Part shown: in pieces, positions 44,170 through 57,870 of the stretch
How positions within the stretch are numbered: the stretch's first letter is position 1
How the letters are laid out: every line of letters starts with the position of its first letter
Assembly (NCBI GenBank): GCA_951406725.2
Contig: OX597832.1
Span: 66,340,001-66,404,000 of the forward strand
Origin: Octopus vulgaris
Taxonomy: Eukaryota
Reading direction: 5' to 3'
Length of the DNA: 64,000 nucleotides
Program-made: the position numbers and the translations under genes
Notes under the pieces: generated by a model
Database searches by the model: none
Seen by the model: only the letters and a program-made list of their open reading frames with translations
What the model was told of the DNA's origin: nothing

Positions 44170-44403
44170 TAAGGCGGCGAGCTGGCAGAAACGTTAGCAC
44201 GCCGGGCGAAATGCTTAGCGGTATTTCGTCTGTCTTTACGTTCTGAGTTCAAATTCCGCCGTGGTCGACTTTGCCTTTCATTCTTTCGGGGTCGATTAAA
44301 TAAGTACCAGTTACGCACTAGGGTCGATATAATCGACTTAATCCGTTTGTCTGTCCTTGTTTGTCCTGTCTGTGTTTAGCGCCTTGTGGTTAGTAAAGAA
44401 ATA
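44170..44403 (+). mobile_element. SINE family B, full-length, with 16 bp TSD
   Basis: TSD ggtcaattacatagta at 44154-44169 and 44404-44419. B box gagttcaaattcc. Confidence 0.92.
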
Positions 44404-44466
44404 GGTCAATTACATAGTAATTTCCCTGTTTAATGATGATTTTCATAGCATATTTTGATTGCCTCG

Positions 44467-44525
44467 ATAACTGACGAGATGCCGGAGCAGGTTTCCGCCC
44501 CGACATCCGAAAATCGGAGTATTAT
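44467..44525 (+). ncRNA. Type I hammerhead ribozyme-like motif
   Basis: ataa-CTGACGA-gatgccgg...ccgacatcc-GAAA-atcggagt-A-ttat. Stem I is ataa/ttat, stem III is near-palindromic and the triplet is GUA. Confidence 0.65.
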
Positions 44526-44548
44526 TATGGCAACCGAATACTTGTCAC

Positions 44549-44615
<67 letters not shown>

Positions 44616-47600
44616 TATATCTATGTCTAGCGGACATGAGAAGAGACACACAACTACACCAAGCACTGTCACTCCTGCTATGTGTCACTCACACATACAC
44701 ATATAATCAGCCAAAACCACACAAACACCACTCACACAACACATACACACATACTCATACACCTACACACAGACTAGCATGCACACACATCCCCACACAT
44801 ACGCACACGTACCTCCTAAGAAAGAACTTTTCCGTCACCCATTCCCTTCCGGTCATTTCAAAATGCTTTGGAGGTGTGATCATGGTGGGAATGTAAAGAT
44901 TCTGTGTATAGCGATGATGATGAGGAGGAGGATTACGACGACGCCGATGATGACGATGTTATTTGCTTTTTTTTTAGTCTTAGGTCCAATTCTGTCATAA
45001 ATCTTTAGCCGTAACTGTTCAATCTCTTTATTTGAAACACTGTTTTGTTATTTGGAGACTGTAATGATTATTTAATTATTAATTCTAGGAGGCATTTTGC
45101 CCACATAACTCATAGAAGTTGTCGAATTTGAGTCCCGGTGCAAGGGGACATTGTTCTCCCTGTTGTTATTTATTCATTATTTTATTCAATCTAGGTGAAC
45201 CATGTGTAAATAAAATGCGGGCGTGACTCAATGTCCTTCATTCAGTCCCAATTGAAACCTAGTCATACATTATCCAATATCAGTTTCCGTTTCCCAATAT
45301 GGCATTGTATGCTTTGATAAATATAGCATAAATAGAATGCATGTTTTAGTACAGACTGCTTCTGACCGGTCATATCTTTAGTGGAAAATGATGCAAAAAA
45401 TACTATTAATAATAAAAAGTGAATAAACATTTGTCCTGCTGGTGCTGTTATTGATGTGCAGCCTGGTTTCATCATCAAGAGAGATGACTTATTTATGCAA
45501 GTATTCGGCTAAACGACTTGGCGCAAATCACAGATCAATCATTGCTTCCGTAATACTATACCAAAGCCAAAACTAACACTTTCCGGCTCAACGCAGTATG
45601 TGTTAGGAACTGTAGTCTGCCAGTCTGAATATATATTCCATGCAGTATTTAAAATGTTCTAGGGTGTTCGACGCACGTCCATAATGTAGTTTTTCATTCA
45701 TGGACAGAACAGCGCGGATTATCTTCATCCTAGCACTTTATTTCACGTTGTTCCTGCCTCTTTGACTGTAATGAGCACGCAGCCGATTGCCTGTGCAGCT
45801 CTCTTTCTCTCCGCCTTTCAGACTGTATATGTTTCAATGGATCGTGGGTGAAGGGATTAAGGGCTATCTGCTGTCTGCTTCCGTAACACCGACACCAAAA
45901 TTGGCGATATGGACGAAAAGAAGCTGTTCTAGTTAACCATTGACGACTGGCTATCCACTAGAACGACCACTATATGTGTTTACGCCTGTATACTGCGATG
46001 ATCTGTCATACTGTGATGGTAAATGTTACCCTACAAATTTGAGATTTTAGAGGTAGCATTCACATATTTGTGGCTGACTAAGTATATTTCTTCATTAGTT
46101 ATAACTAACGCACAATTTCTGAGTCATACTTATGGCTTTGAACCGCATTTCAGCTGCAGTCTATCACGTCGACTTGTTTTTAGTAACATATTCACAACTG
46201 CAGTATCACAGCGTATTTATGCAGGATTTGAATGGCAAATAATTAAATCTGAAAACGAAGTTATTGCAATTGTTGCAGAATAAATGAAGTAAGAGAGTAT
46301 CGTTTACTCACTCGTATTACAGATGTGTCTTTATCCACTACAGCCGATGTACCTTTAATGAGCAGTCTAGTTGGAAATGTAGACGAATTATAGTAAGAAT
46401 TATGGTAGAAAAATTATATAACCATCCAATTCTTCAATGGCAGCAATGCTAATGATATAGATAACAACTATCGTGATCAGAATTTTATTGGTAATGTTTT
46501 ATCAAAAATGAACAGTAGAAAAAAAATAAATAAAAGCATTTTTATTGTTATAGATATTTGTCTTATTTTTTCTGTCCTCGTTTTCATTTCCTCAATAAGT
46601 GGCGATTATTTTTTGTATCTATGTAATTAAATATAACATACGACGGCCATTATTATACAATATAATATTTTGCGTTAGAACAACGCTGCATCAATGGCAA
46701 TTATTGGTAATTATTTTATAATCATTATTCCAATGAACAAGTCGGTTATAGCAGAACTTAAACTTGTAAATAAGAGGTGCAAAACTAAATAAATGACGTC
46801 TTTAATTTAGTGTTCTACTCGTCCTTCGAGACCTGTTGCCGTATTTTCAAGTGCAATTATATAATTGGGAGGATCCGGAGTCGTTTTTCGTCACTGACTA
46901 TCAGTAATATTGATTTATAACTTAAGCACAATGTCACGCATTGTTGGCCAAAATACATTCCATTATATCGAGTAGCGAATAGTTTCAGATTTATATATTC
47001 TATATGATAATTAGTGAAATCAATCAAATTTAGACGGAGACGATTTCAAATCGACACTACACTGATTCAATTCATTTTCGACGGACAAAGTAAGACAACT
47101 GGTTGTGTTACTCGATTATTCTTGTATTTTATTGCTTCGATAAATAAAGTCTAATACAAAGAAACAGTGAGGTCGATATAATAAGCTACACTACGACACC
47201 TTTCAAAATGGTACCGATTTGGAGTCCAAAATTGTAACTGTTGAAAGATTAAATCCGTAAGTCTCTGAACGAGTCAACAATTTTCCCGAACGAATATAGA
47301 AGTACGAGGTATCACGATTCTTCCTTTATTACCTGGTATACACCGAAACTAATTTGCAAAATTTCCATATTAAACAAACATATATTACGAGGTAGATTCT
47401 AACTTGAAATGCTATTTTCTTTCTAAACTTTTTGGATTTTCACATCTTGGAATTCGTTTCCGTTCAGTCATGCATATTTTGAAACATATTATCACATGAC
47501 AATTGTTGGCTTAATGGTTTTTGTTTTTGCTTTTATTATATTTTGATATTTACTTTGTTTTCATGACAACAAGATAGATTTTCATACTGACAGTACACAC

Positions 47601-48305
47601 CATCTGTGATAATATAAATATACAAAACATATACAAACGTTACAATGATATAACAACAACATCTCTCAGTGTGTTTTGTCTCCAAGCAATAATAATAAAA
47701 CATAGCACATAAGTTGACATTTTTACAATTTCCTTTTACATCAATCCCGTTGTTATAACGTAATGATACATGTTCATGTTCTTAAAACCAACTGATATTT
47801 ACATAAAATGTCTATCTGTCAAAATGGAATAAGTTTAAAATGTATCGCTTTTCCTACACGGCATCTTGAATACGGATTTGTAAATGCGCAGGAAATGAAA
47901 ATGTGTGACGTTCATAACTACATTAAAAGGATAAGAGATATAAGCGTTGAAAATGAAAATGTTGAAGGATTATTGTTGCTGATTCTGTTGTTGCTGTTAC
48001 GTTTGTTACTTTTGTTTCAGTTTTGCTGTTGTTGTCGTCATGTCACCCCAGTAGTCACCCTGACCGATCGGGTCAAAATTCAAGGAATATAAGAAGGGGA
48101 GGAAGGAAGAGGCGCTGGTTGCTTCTCTGCACATAACGCGCTCAATAACATCAATTTGGATATACTGTAAACTGTTCTTTGTTGAATTTTTTATTGTTTT
48201 CTTTCTACAGCTACGCTGCATTTTCATTTGCATACACGCAGCACGCACATATATAAGTATGTATATGTGTATGTATATAGATATAACATGAAACGAACAG
48301 TAGTC

Positions 48306-48580
48306 GTAATGCTTAGTGGTTAGGGTGTTGCACTCCCGATTGCGAGATCGTTGTTTCGAATCATAGACCGAGCATTGCTTGTGTTGTGTTCTTGAGCAAA
48401 GCGCATCACTTCACGTTGCTTTGCTATCATTTCGTCATGTGACATGTGACACATGGTGCACCTGTACTGGTAATGTCGATTTTATGGAGGGAGGGGGGGG
48501 GGCTTATGTGAACACAAACATCTGATCACTATAGACAATTTATCTGTGTGGTTGCTTGGTAAGAAAATGCCGAACCATCG
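48306..48580 (+). mobile_element. Degenerate tRNA-derived SINE
   Basis: gcttagtggttagggtgttgcact...gtttcgaatc...ttgtgttcttgagcaaagc. Confidence 0.65.
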
Positions 48581-48911
48581 ATGATATGTGTGTGCGTATA
48601 TATATGGGGAGCATCCAATGCTGAGTTCCAAATGGCTACTATAGTGAGGTGAACGTAGGAAATATATATTTAAAGACTATAAAGTATCCCCGATACTGAA
48701 AGTTGACTGGATAATGATAATGTACTTGGAGTTCATACATTAGCAGTAGCTGTACATCTAGCACTTCCTCGCGTTCCTTTCTGTTGAAGAGCTCAAAATG
48801 TAAAAGACTTTCTCACCTTCCCGAGCATCAACCTAATACACTTACTTGTTTTTTATAAACCTGTCTTCGTCTTTTATTTTTCTGTAAATTTCAACTACAC
48901 ACGCACTCTGC

Positions 48912-49467
48912 AAATGTGGTTTTGGTCGTTTTGACTGTTTCTTCTAGCGTGTAAAAATGACCTATTAAAGATAGTTTTATTTTGTGTTTAAATATACAGT
49001 CTTTTATATTGAAAATGTGTTATCTATTGACATTTTATACATGCTAGGCAACTGGTGGTGACATTTCTAAACATATTCACCACCCTATATAATGTTACGA
49101 ATGTGATTTCAGCTTTTTCGAAGTTCGGTTCGGCATTTCTCATTTTACTGCCGACTGAACCTACGCTTGCGCGGTGAAGTTTGAAAAAATATAACGTATA
49201 ATGATGAGAAACGTGTTACTTCTCTCTAAATTATGAGTTAATTGTTAAGGCACGGTTACTGATGAAGATTCGCCTAGCAAGTTATTTTATTTGCTAAAAT
49301 AATCTGAAACCTATGTATGACAGTAAAACAATTAACAAGGTAAAAGTGTTTATTTTTCATTCCCTTCGAAAATTGCTCTTAAATATGGTTTTGGTCGTTT
49401 TGACTGTTTCTTCTAGCGCGTAAGAATTACCGATTAAAGGCAGTTTTCTCTTGTGCTGAAATGTACA
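48912..49467 (+). mobile_element. Direct-repeat-bounded element (~87 bp repeats, 469 bp period) containing a hammerhead
   Basis: aaatgtggttttggtcgttttgactgtttcttctagcg... occurs at 48912-48998 and again at 49381-49467. Confidence 0.75.
49251..49325 (+). ncRNA. Type I hammerhead ribozyme-like motif with canonical core
   Basis: cacggtta-CTGATGA-agatt..tagcaa..ttgcta..aatct-GAAA-c ctat gt-A-tgacagt. Predicted cleavage after 49317. Confidence 0.7.
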
Positions 49468-49470
49468 CTA

Positions 49471-49530
<60 letters not shown>

Positions 49531-50298
49531 GTATGTATATGTATATGTATATATATACATATATATTTATGTATAAATATATATGTATATATACATATTC
49601 AAATTTATGTATGTATATATGTATATCTATCTATCTACGCACACACATATATATATATATTTGTGTGTATGTATATGTGTGAGTGTTTGCCTATGTGTAA
49701 GCAAGCATATATGAATTTGATTTCCATTTTTACGTTATCATACATTTTGTGGGAGTGATAAATCCTAATGTAGTAAATTCATTGCAGATGATGTAATTAT
49801 GCGCTTCTCGAGGCGTTACAAAAATATATCATGTTCTCACACTCACATCCTTGTTATCCAACGTAAAAAGAATCCTCAATATGATATGCTCGATTTCTCG
49901 ACATTTCCAGGCTTAGAATCCATAACAACTCGCTTTTGGCAATTGGAAAAGCAAAACATAAATAAAAAAAATATCAAGCCTACCATAAATTAATATTGTT
50001 ATGCTTTAATAGCAAGAAGAAATATCAGTTGCATATTCAATAATATATGCTGGTTTGTGATTATAAAGAATTCTCCCAATGATTTCGGTTTCACTGCTAT
50101 TATCCATATCTGAATCCAAGTGGCAGCATTTAATCACAAATATTACCAGTGCTACCAACATCAATGGTAAATCTATAAAACATGTATATTAGGGTTAAGA
50201 CGAATTTTTTATGCAATAAATTGCACAGCTACATCTGTACATGTATCTATGCAATGAGATTTGTGCATGTATATATGTACATATATACAAGATATATA

Positions 50299-50354
<56 letters not shown>

Positions 50355-50599
50355 GATACATACACACACATACACACACATATATATATATATGTGTGTG
50401 TGTGTGCGTGTGTGTGTGTTTGTGTGTGTGTATGAATATTGGGTGTGTGGCGCGTTTCATTGCGTGAGTGAAAGTAGTTGATAATTCAACCCATTTCTCG
50501 ACTCCGTAGATATCATTTCTTCGCCAATAAAGAGAATGCATACATCTGAACACAAATAATATATATATATATATATTTATACATACGCATATACATGTA

Positions 50600-50656
<57 letters not shown>

Positions 50657-50693
50657 ATATATATATATATATATATATGCGCACATCTGTATA

Positions 50694-50817
50694 TATTTCT
50701 TTAAGTCGATTACATCGATCCCGGTGCGTAACTGGTACTTTATCGACCCCGAAAGGATGAAAGAAAAAGTCGACCTCGGTGGAAATTGAACTCAGAATGT
50801 AAGAGCAGACGAAATAC
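50694..50817 (-). mobile_element. Partial SINE family B
   Basis: actggtactttatcgaccccgaaaggatgaaagaaaaagtcgacctcggtggaaattgaactcagaa. Confidence 0.75.
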
Positions 50818-51679
50818 AGTGTGTCAGCGATTGAAGGTGGTTCATACATAAACATTACGAATTGCGACGACATGATTTTTACGTGTATATCTCCGTATTA
50901 ATACTTGACAGTAACTCCGAGTTTCACATTTCTCATCATTGAAATGATTGTTGAAACGAAGCAGCGCTAATACATACAGAACGGAAACTATTTCTTCTAT
51001 GTATCAAGAAGACATTTACGTCGTTGCAATTGGTAATTTTATTCTGTTTATGCAAACCTTGCCTATTGGCAAATACTTAAAGCAACCGTAGCTCAGTTTA
51101 ATGTCATTTGTATTATACCGATTATAATATTTATGGTCTCCCCGGAAATTCTTATTAATATTGCTTTGAGAAATTCTGCAGGAGATCCAAATTTAAAACG
51201 TTATGGCATTTTATACCATGCAATACGTCATTTCTGATACTAACGCTTTAGAAAATTAACATAGCTATGTTTCTAGTGCATCGAATATTTCATGCTGCTG
51301 TCCATTATAAGATTATTTAAATATTAATAGAGCAGTAAAAGGTGGTTTCGTCAGCGGATAAGCTTTGTATAAAGTGTTATATCATCAAGTAAATTTAAGT
51401 GTCGTGGGTGGTTGCAATTTATGTTAAACATAACAAAACATTTAGAAAAACAATTAAAATCACTTTTTTAGAAGTTCAGGAAAATATTCACAAGTATCTT
51501 AATACAGAGATGTACCTGAGATATTAACTATAGGATTTAATATGATCTTTAAATTGAACTCTTTGAGATATTGATGAAATTCTTATTTTTCCAAGACCGT
51601 CCAAAGACATTGTCACAAGCGGCTATCAGTTACAGAAAAACATTAATGTTCGTACTCAAAAGTTTTATAGGCAGTCAGA

Positions 51680-52170
51680 GTGACATATTAAATTGGTTTG
51701 CTCAAGTACAGGCGAATCTCGTGCCCAAGAATGAAACCATCAATTTGAGAGAAATCTGTAGATCTATTACTTACTTGAACATTATGCCCAAATTGAACAC
51801 TAGGTACTTTAAAGAATTTCTCCAAGATCATTGTAAGTCCAAAGACACAGTGACTAACGAACAGGCAGGCGGAAAGAAGAAAGTGTAGAGATGAGCCAAA
51901 GAATTGTAATAAAGGTGAACTGTCTGAAATAAGAAGAGACATAGAAGTCTTGCAACAATATGAGTTGATTATAGGAAAGCATTGAAATATATTCCTCACT
52001 CACGGCTACTGAAGCGTCTATATTTGGTAGGAGTATTTTCTACGTTAGTTGCTCCAATTGAGAATCTCACAAAAAATTGGGTATTTACTCTCACAGTTAA
52101 ACCTCAGAGCGTAACGATCGTCAGCGTTGTTATAAATATTTCAAAAGGGAATATTCTCCGTAGATGATCC
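51680..52170 (+). pseudogene. Decayed Dong/R4-like reverse transcriptase fragment
   Basis: WF..V..NLVPKN...CRSITYLNIM..L...NEQAGGKK and IPHSRLLK match the W...T.LIPK..YRPITCL...EQ.G.KK..DS.PH.W RT region seen in the 24.8-27.4 kb LINE. Confidence 0.65.
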
Positions 52171-52628
52171 ATACATACATGATGTAATAGTGTTTACTTC
52201 CAGATTCGAAGATAATATAAAAACAAACAAACGTGTTTAGTCTTGGGAATCTATCTTTAAGAAAATATATTTTGTACGTACAAGTTCAATGGATTGTTTA
52301 GGAGTCTACGGCAACATAATTGGTAACAAGCATCTACTGGACTGAGACCCAAAGCGATCTAGGGATTAGCATAAATGCTAGCATATCTTTTTTAAAGTTC
52401 TCAAGATGGATTCCGCCAATCTTCCCCTTGACGTAAGGTGCATAGATATATGCTTCGTTACATATACTATTTTGAAATTACACAACGTTTAAAACTATCG
52501 CATGGCATTTACACGACCTTCTGTAAGCCTAGCAGGCAGAACTAGGGGGCATATAACCAAATGAGACGTATTTTCGTACAACCTATCTGTATAAGATTTA
52601 CTCATCTCCATCTGAATATACATATATA

Positions 52629-53720
52629 CATTACTGTGCAAAAGTCAGCGCCCAGTTTAAACTATTGTAAATTTCTACTAATTGCCAACTTATAGGCGGA
52701 TGTTTCGCATTGCCTTTTTTTACAGAAGAAAGATTCGCCATGTTGGAGACATTTCCTTACCCTAATCATTACATTTTGTAGTAGCAGATTCTGAGTGAGA
52801 GGGAAAGCTAACCGTGCAAAAGGTTTCGGCCACCTCACATAAACCAATCAACATAGAATGTTTTAAAAGGGAAAAAGTTCTATAATGAAAATTTATTACA
52901 TAATGTTCATTTCAAGAAGTTACTGACAATATTAATATTTCGTATGGCTTCCCTTAACTTGAATAATTGATTGAATGCGCCCGGGAAAATATGCGTACAG
53001 ATCCTTCATCATCTTCACAGGTATGAGATGCCACTCTTTGTGGCTAGGCTCCAACAAGAATGAGTTGAATGTTCTGTCGAACTGTTCTCTTTAGTTCTCT
53101 CCTATTTGCTCAACGATATTTAAGTAAGGGCTCTGAGCTGGCCAATCTTTTAATACGGTAACACCTTCATCAGCCAGACTCTGTTGTATTGTACACGATC
53201 TGTGACATGGATCTCTGTTATGCTGAACAATCTCACCTTCATCCAAATCTGGTATCAAATTGTCCTTCAGCAACTGGATGTGTCTGGCACAATTCAAGTT
53301 AACATTAATTTCAACCAACTTTCTTGAACAATCATTTTTTATGCATCCCCAAAGCATGAGACTCCTGCCCCCAGAATTCACTGTTTTCGTCGTGTAACGT
53401 GAGTCATTTCGCTTTTTTGGAGTCCTTCTCGCGCTTGTGAATTAGTCAGAAGGCCCCCAGGAAATTGATGGTAACTGTATTCATCCAGTTGCTGAAGGAC
53501 AATTTGATAGCAGACGTGAATGAAGGTGAGATTTTTCAAATCGCGGTGCTCCATGCCACAGATTGCGTGCAAGACAATGCAATCTGGCTGATGAAGGGGT
53601 TACCGTATCGAAAGATTTGCCAGCTCAGAGCCCTAACTTAAATAACATCGAGCATATGTGGACAGAATTAGTAAAGATTTACAATAGTTTAAATTGGCGG
53701 AAGACTTTTGCGCCGTACTG
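52629..53720 (-). mobile_element. Rearranged Tc1-like transposon
   Basis: TIRs cattactgtgcaaaagtc..tttaaactattgtaaat / atttacaatagtttaaa..gacttttgcgccgtactg, flanked by TA. Motifs SLMLWGC, QHNRDPCH and DWPAQSPYLNIVE, with an inverted duplicate of the catalytic segment inside. Confidence 0.88.
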
Positions 53721-54013
53721 TACGTATACATACATGTATAGATACATAGATAAATACAAGCATAAATACGTACATAATACATACATACACACACATACAT
53801 AATACATTAACACACACACGTACACACACACACGTACACACACACATATATATATATATATATACTGGAATCTTACATATATACCATTCTGCCTAAAAAT
53901 GGATCTACAACTTCAATATCCCTACATATCTTACATCTATTTTCTTTTCTCCACCTCACTTTCTATTTTGTATCCTATGTAAACTAACTGTTACTTTACC
54001 ATCCTTTCACACC

Positions 54014-54065
54014 GTCTCCGATGAAGGGATATAAATAATAAATATCCTGGAATCAGCTGTAAGAC
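54014..54065 (+). ncRNA. Variant hammerhead-like motif in a PLE-type remnant
   Basis: gtct-CCGATGA-a-gggata..tatcct-gGAAT-cagctg-T-A-agac. Stems I, II and palindromic III are present, but the core is mutated. Confidence 0.45.
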
Positions 54066-54126
54066 CTATCTATAAATGATTTAATATCTACAGTCTTGTT
54101 TTTTTTATCTCATTACACAAAAAATG

Positions 54127-54175
<49 letters not shown>

Positions 54176-55524
54176 ACGTTTAAATATATATATATATAAA
54201 CACGTTTTATATATATATATATATCGTTATATATATATATATACATATATCGAGAATGTGTACTCGATACCATAGAGAAGATTAATAAAATCATTATTTT
54301 AAACGAGTCAGTAACTCTCTACCTTGAATAGGAAGAAGAATTTCCTCCATTAATTAATCTCTCGAAGGATGGGCATCCATGCAACAAAATGAAAACTTTA
54401 CAACAGACATCGGAAAAGTTGTTATATTTAGTGAAGTCGGAGTTAAGCCGATTGATCGCAAAATATATTAGGGTGATATGACGTAGAGGATCCAACTTTC
54501 CAACATAAGCATTGGAAAACAGATTGATATAAGCTCTATGTATGATCGAATACAAGGAAATTTTTTTCCTTTGATTGTTTCTGCCGGGTGCCTCTTTGCT
54601 GCCAAGAGTACCTGTATCTTAGCAGGTATATAAATGTAACATTTTCTGCGAACAGTAATATAAGATTACGAGACGAATGAAAAATTATTCTGTTCCTGTT
54701 TGACAAGAGCGATCAGAAAAGAACTAAACGTCGTCGATCTGCATAAATATATCGCGGTGAAGGAAATATGAGAACGCGAGGAAGCTTAAAAGTAAAGAGA
54801 GCAAAATGGAGCCGGAACTCGCCAAGTGAAAGGATTACAATAGATTTTATTTTAAAAGTATAACAGGATGTTTTGTAACCAAATATCAATCCTTAATGAA
54901 TCAGGTGCATGAGGAAATGTCTTTCAGATGCGAATATCATGTATCCCACACATTAATTTCTATGGATGATATTATCGTAGAGAAGGTAGAATGAAATATA
55001 CACGCGATCGACTCAGTATTTGTTGAAACTACTAGTAGGACAGCGTAAAATTTGACAACCGTTAGAAGATGACGTTGAGTTTGAGATACTAAGATGAAAT
55101 AAACATCAGTTTTAAAGTTTATTTGAATGCCAATACATATTGGAATGGTATACGACTTTACGGAGACAAACTAATATAATAACGTATGGTTGAGCGAGTC
55201 AAATTGGTTATATCACTGATTGGATTCTATATGACAAAGCGTGATTATTAATTACAAATATGACATGGAACGTAGGGTAGAGTCACTCTGTATAAATCCG
55301 TTATCAGATAGACATTAAATTATATGTCCTGCGAAGTGTTGTCCTCGGAGAAAACAATATCAATTTATAGTCTCAGCGTGGAATGAAATTTATGGCTTTT
55401 GAATATAATGAAATTATCTAGCCTTTCAGATATTATTAATCTTTTCTATCTGTCTGGAAAATGGTAAAAACACACACATGTACATGCACGCACGCACGCA
55501 CACACACGCACACACATATGTGTA

Positions 55525-55567
<43 letters not shown>

Positions 55568-55621
55568 CATACATGCATATATATACACACACACACACAT
55601 ATATATATATACACACACACA

Positions 55622-55653
<32 letters not shown>

Positions 55654-56250
55654 ACATAAAGTAAGTGTGTGTGTGAGAGAGACAGAGAGAGAAATAAAAA
55701 GATAGAAGAATAGATACAGACAAATATTTATAGTCTTAGGCAGTGTTCTATCATGTCTTTAAATGAATCCCTTTCCTTCCGGCGACAGGCTTGCTTTCGT
55801 CCTATTTTTTCACCAGGAAGGTCGCATTCTGTGTCTAATTTCATGCAAAATAAACAATTTAAAATTAAATGTTCTACGTTATAGATATTTAAAGGATCTT
55901 TGTTAATATCTGCATAGGCTTTTGTAGATATACATTTACCAGGTTGAAGACGGGAAAATATAAATATATGGTACATCCACAAGATTTATAACAAACAATA
56001 GTGACTGATTCTAATGTATAGAAGATAAACACCCTGTGATGTTTGTCCCTATCTGAAAAATTCTGATTTTTCAGATAGGCACATTGTTAACATTGGAAGT
56101 TCTAAGCATGAGGTGTTAATCAGGCCGAGCCCGACCACTGTAATATATTTATAATTCCATAAAAAGATAAACACGTTCAACAGCGATTGTAGAAGTATAC
56201 ATATATTCACAGACTTAGCTGAACATATATGTTTATATGCGTGTATACAT

Positions 56251-56370
<120 letters not shown>

Positions 56371-56491
56371 CTGTGTGTGTGTGCAATATATGATAAAACA
56401 TTTTTTTAAATAATTTCATCAATGGCCAGCATATAAAGTGAAACCGATTAAGGTGAAATTCATATGTATAATTGTAAATAGCGGTTACAAA

Positions 56492-56720
56492 AAATTTTCT
56501 AGCCATATGTTAAGAAAAATATGCTAAATTGTCTCCCCACTCAAAGAAGTCACAACCACGTTTTGATTTTGACGCAACAAGCCAATGGAAAGCCAATGGA
56601 AGTATCTATCTTATTGGAAATTTCTGTTCGCTTGCTGCGTCGACTACAAAACTTGTTTGTGACTTCTTTCAGTGGTGAGACGATTTAGCGTCCTTTACTC
56701 AGCGCTTGGCTAGAAAATTT
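56492..56720. repeat. Fold-back hairpin element (~90 bp arms, ~47 bp loop)
   Basis: aaattttctagcca...gctaaattgtctccccactcaaagaagtcacaa...gacgcaacaagc pairs with gcttgctgcgtc...ttgtgacttctttcagtggtgagacgatttagc...tggctagaaaattt. Confidence 0.8.
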
Positions 56721-56746
56721 ATTTCTAAGCCCTTATTATATATACA

Positions 56747-56950
56747 TGTGACCGCGTGTGTACCGTTGGCGATATTTTTTCCTCTGTCTTCCCTTCTCTG
56801 GATCTTTCCTTCTCCTATGTTTCCGCCGAAAAGCTCCGCTCGAAAGGTTAACCCTCCTTCTTCCCTTACATTTCTGAGCGTCCCAAAAAACTATATCTGT
56901 TCCACGTCCTCGTGTTGTTGTGTTTTCTCTTTGTGTTTTCATGTTTGGAT

Positions 56951-56955
<5 letters not shown>
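56747..56955 (+). mobile_element. ~200 bp PLE-type repeat, copy 1
   Basis: High similarity to 59022-59222. Contains a degenerate gttt-ccgccgaa-aagc tcc gctc-gaaag motif. Confidence 0.7.
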
Positions 56956-57046
<91 letters not shown>

Positions 57047-57054
57047 AACATATG

Positions 57055-57094
<40 letters not shown>

Positions 57095-57113
57095 TATATA
57101 TAGATATTTATGG

Positions 57114-57164
<51 letters not shown>

Positions 57165-57491
57165 GATCTTAGCGCGCACTGTATTCGCTTTTACGAGTTA
57201 ATAATGCTGGGTAACCTCGGTGAGTGTAAATATACTCTAGTTCGTTTGATTTACTCTCATCGGTAGATTTTTATATCACTAAATCCATATATCTCTATAG
57301 AGTCTGCGTGTTGTCGGTAGAGAAGAAATGATAAATTAATAATTAAAGCGAACAGAGATTTATATATCCAAGTTTTATTAGAAATCATGCAGACAATAGT
57401 AAGTAAAGAATCTAATGAAATATGAATTCCTACATACATTAAGCTTAATTATAAAAAGTAAAAAGAACAATAAGAGAATGAAATCAACGAT

Positions 57492-57492
57492 G

Positions 57493-57526
<34 letters not shown>

Positions 57527-57598
57527 CAGCACTAGTAGCAGCAGTATTATCATTATTATTATTATTACTATTGTTATTATTATTATTATTATTATTAT

Positions 57599-57634
<36 letters not shown>

Positions 57635-57768
57635 CAGCACTAGTAGCAGCAGTATTATCATTATTATTATTATTACTATTGTTATTATTATTATAATTAT
57701 TATTATTATTATTATTATTATTATTTGTAGTAGTAGTAGTAGTAGTAGTAGAATTAGTAGTAGTAGTT

Positions 57769-57829
<61 letters not shown>

Positions 57830-57870
57830 CAGTAGCAGTAGTAGTTGTAGTGATGGTGATGATGATAATA
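57492..57870. repeat. Compound (GTA)/(GCA)/(TTA) microsatellite with higher-order duplication
   Basis: The block gcagcactagtagcagcagtattatcattattattattattactattg occurs twice. Confidence 0.95.

Larger units (their letters stand above)
43811..44556. mobile_element. Inverted pair of PLE-like terminal repeats (arms ~185 bp); right arm split by a SINE
   Basis: 43811-43994 is the reverse complement of 44127-44169 plus 44420-44556. Both arms carry hammerhead-like cores. Confidence 0.8.
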
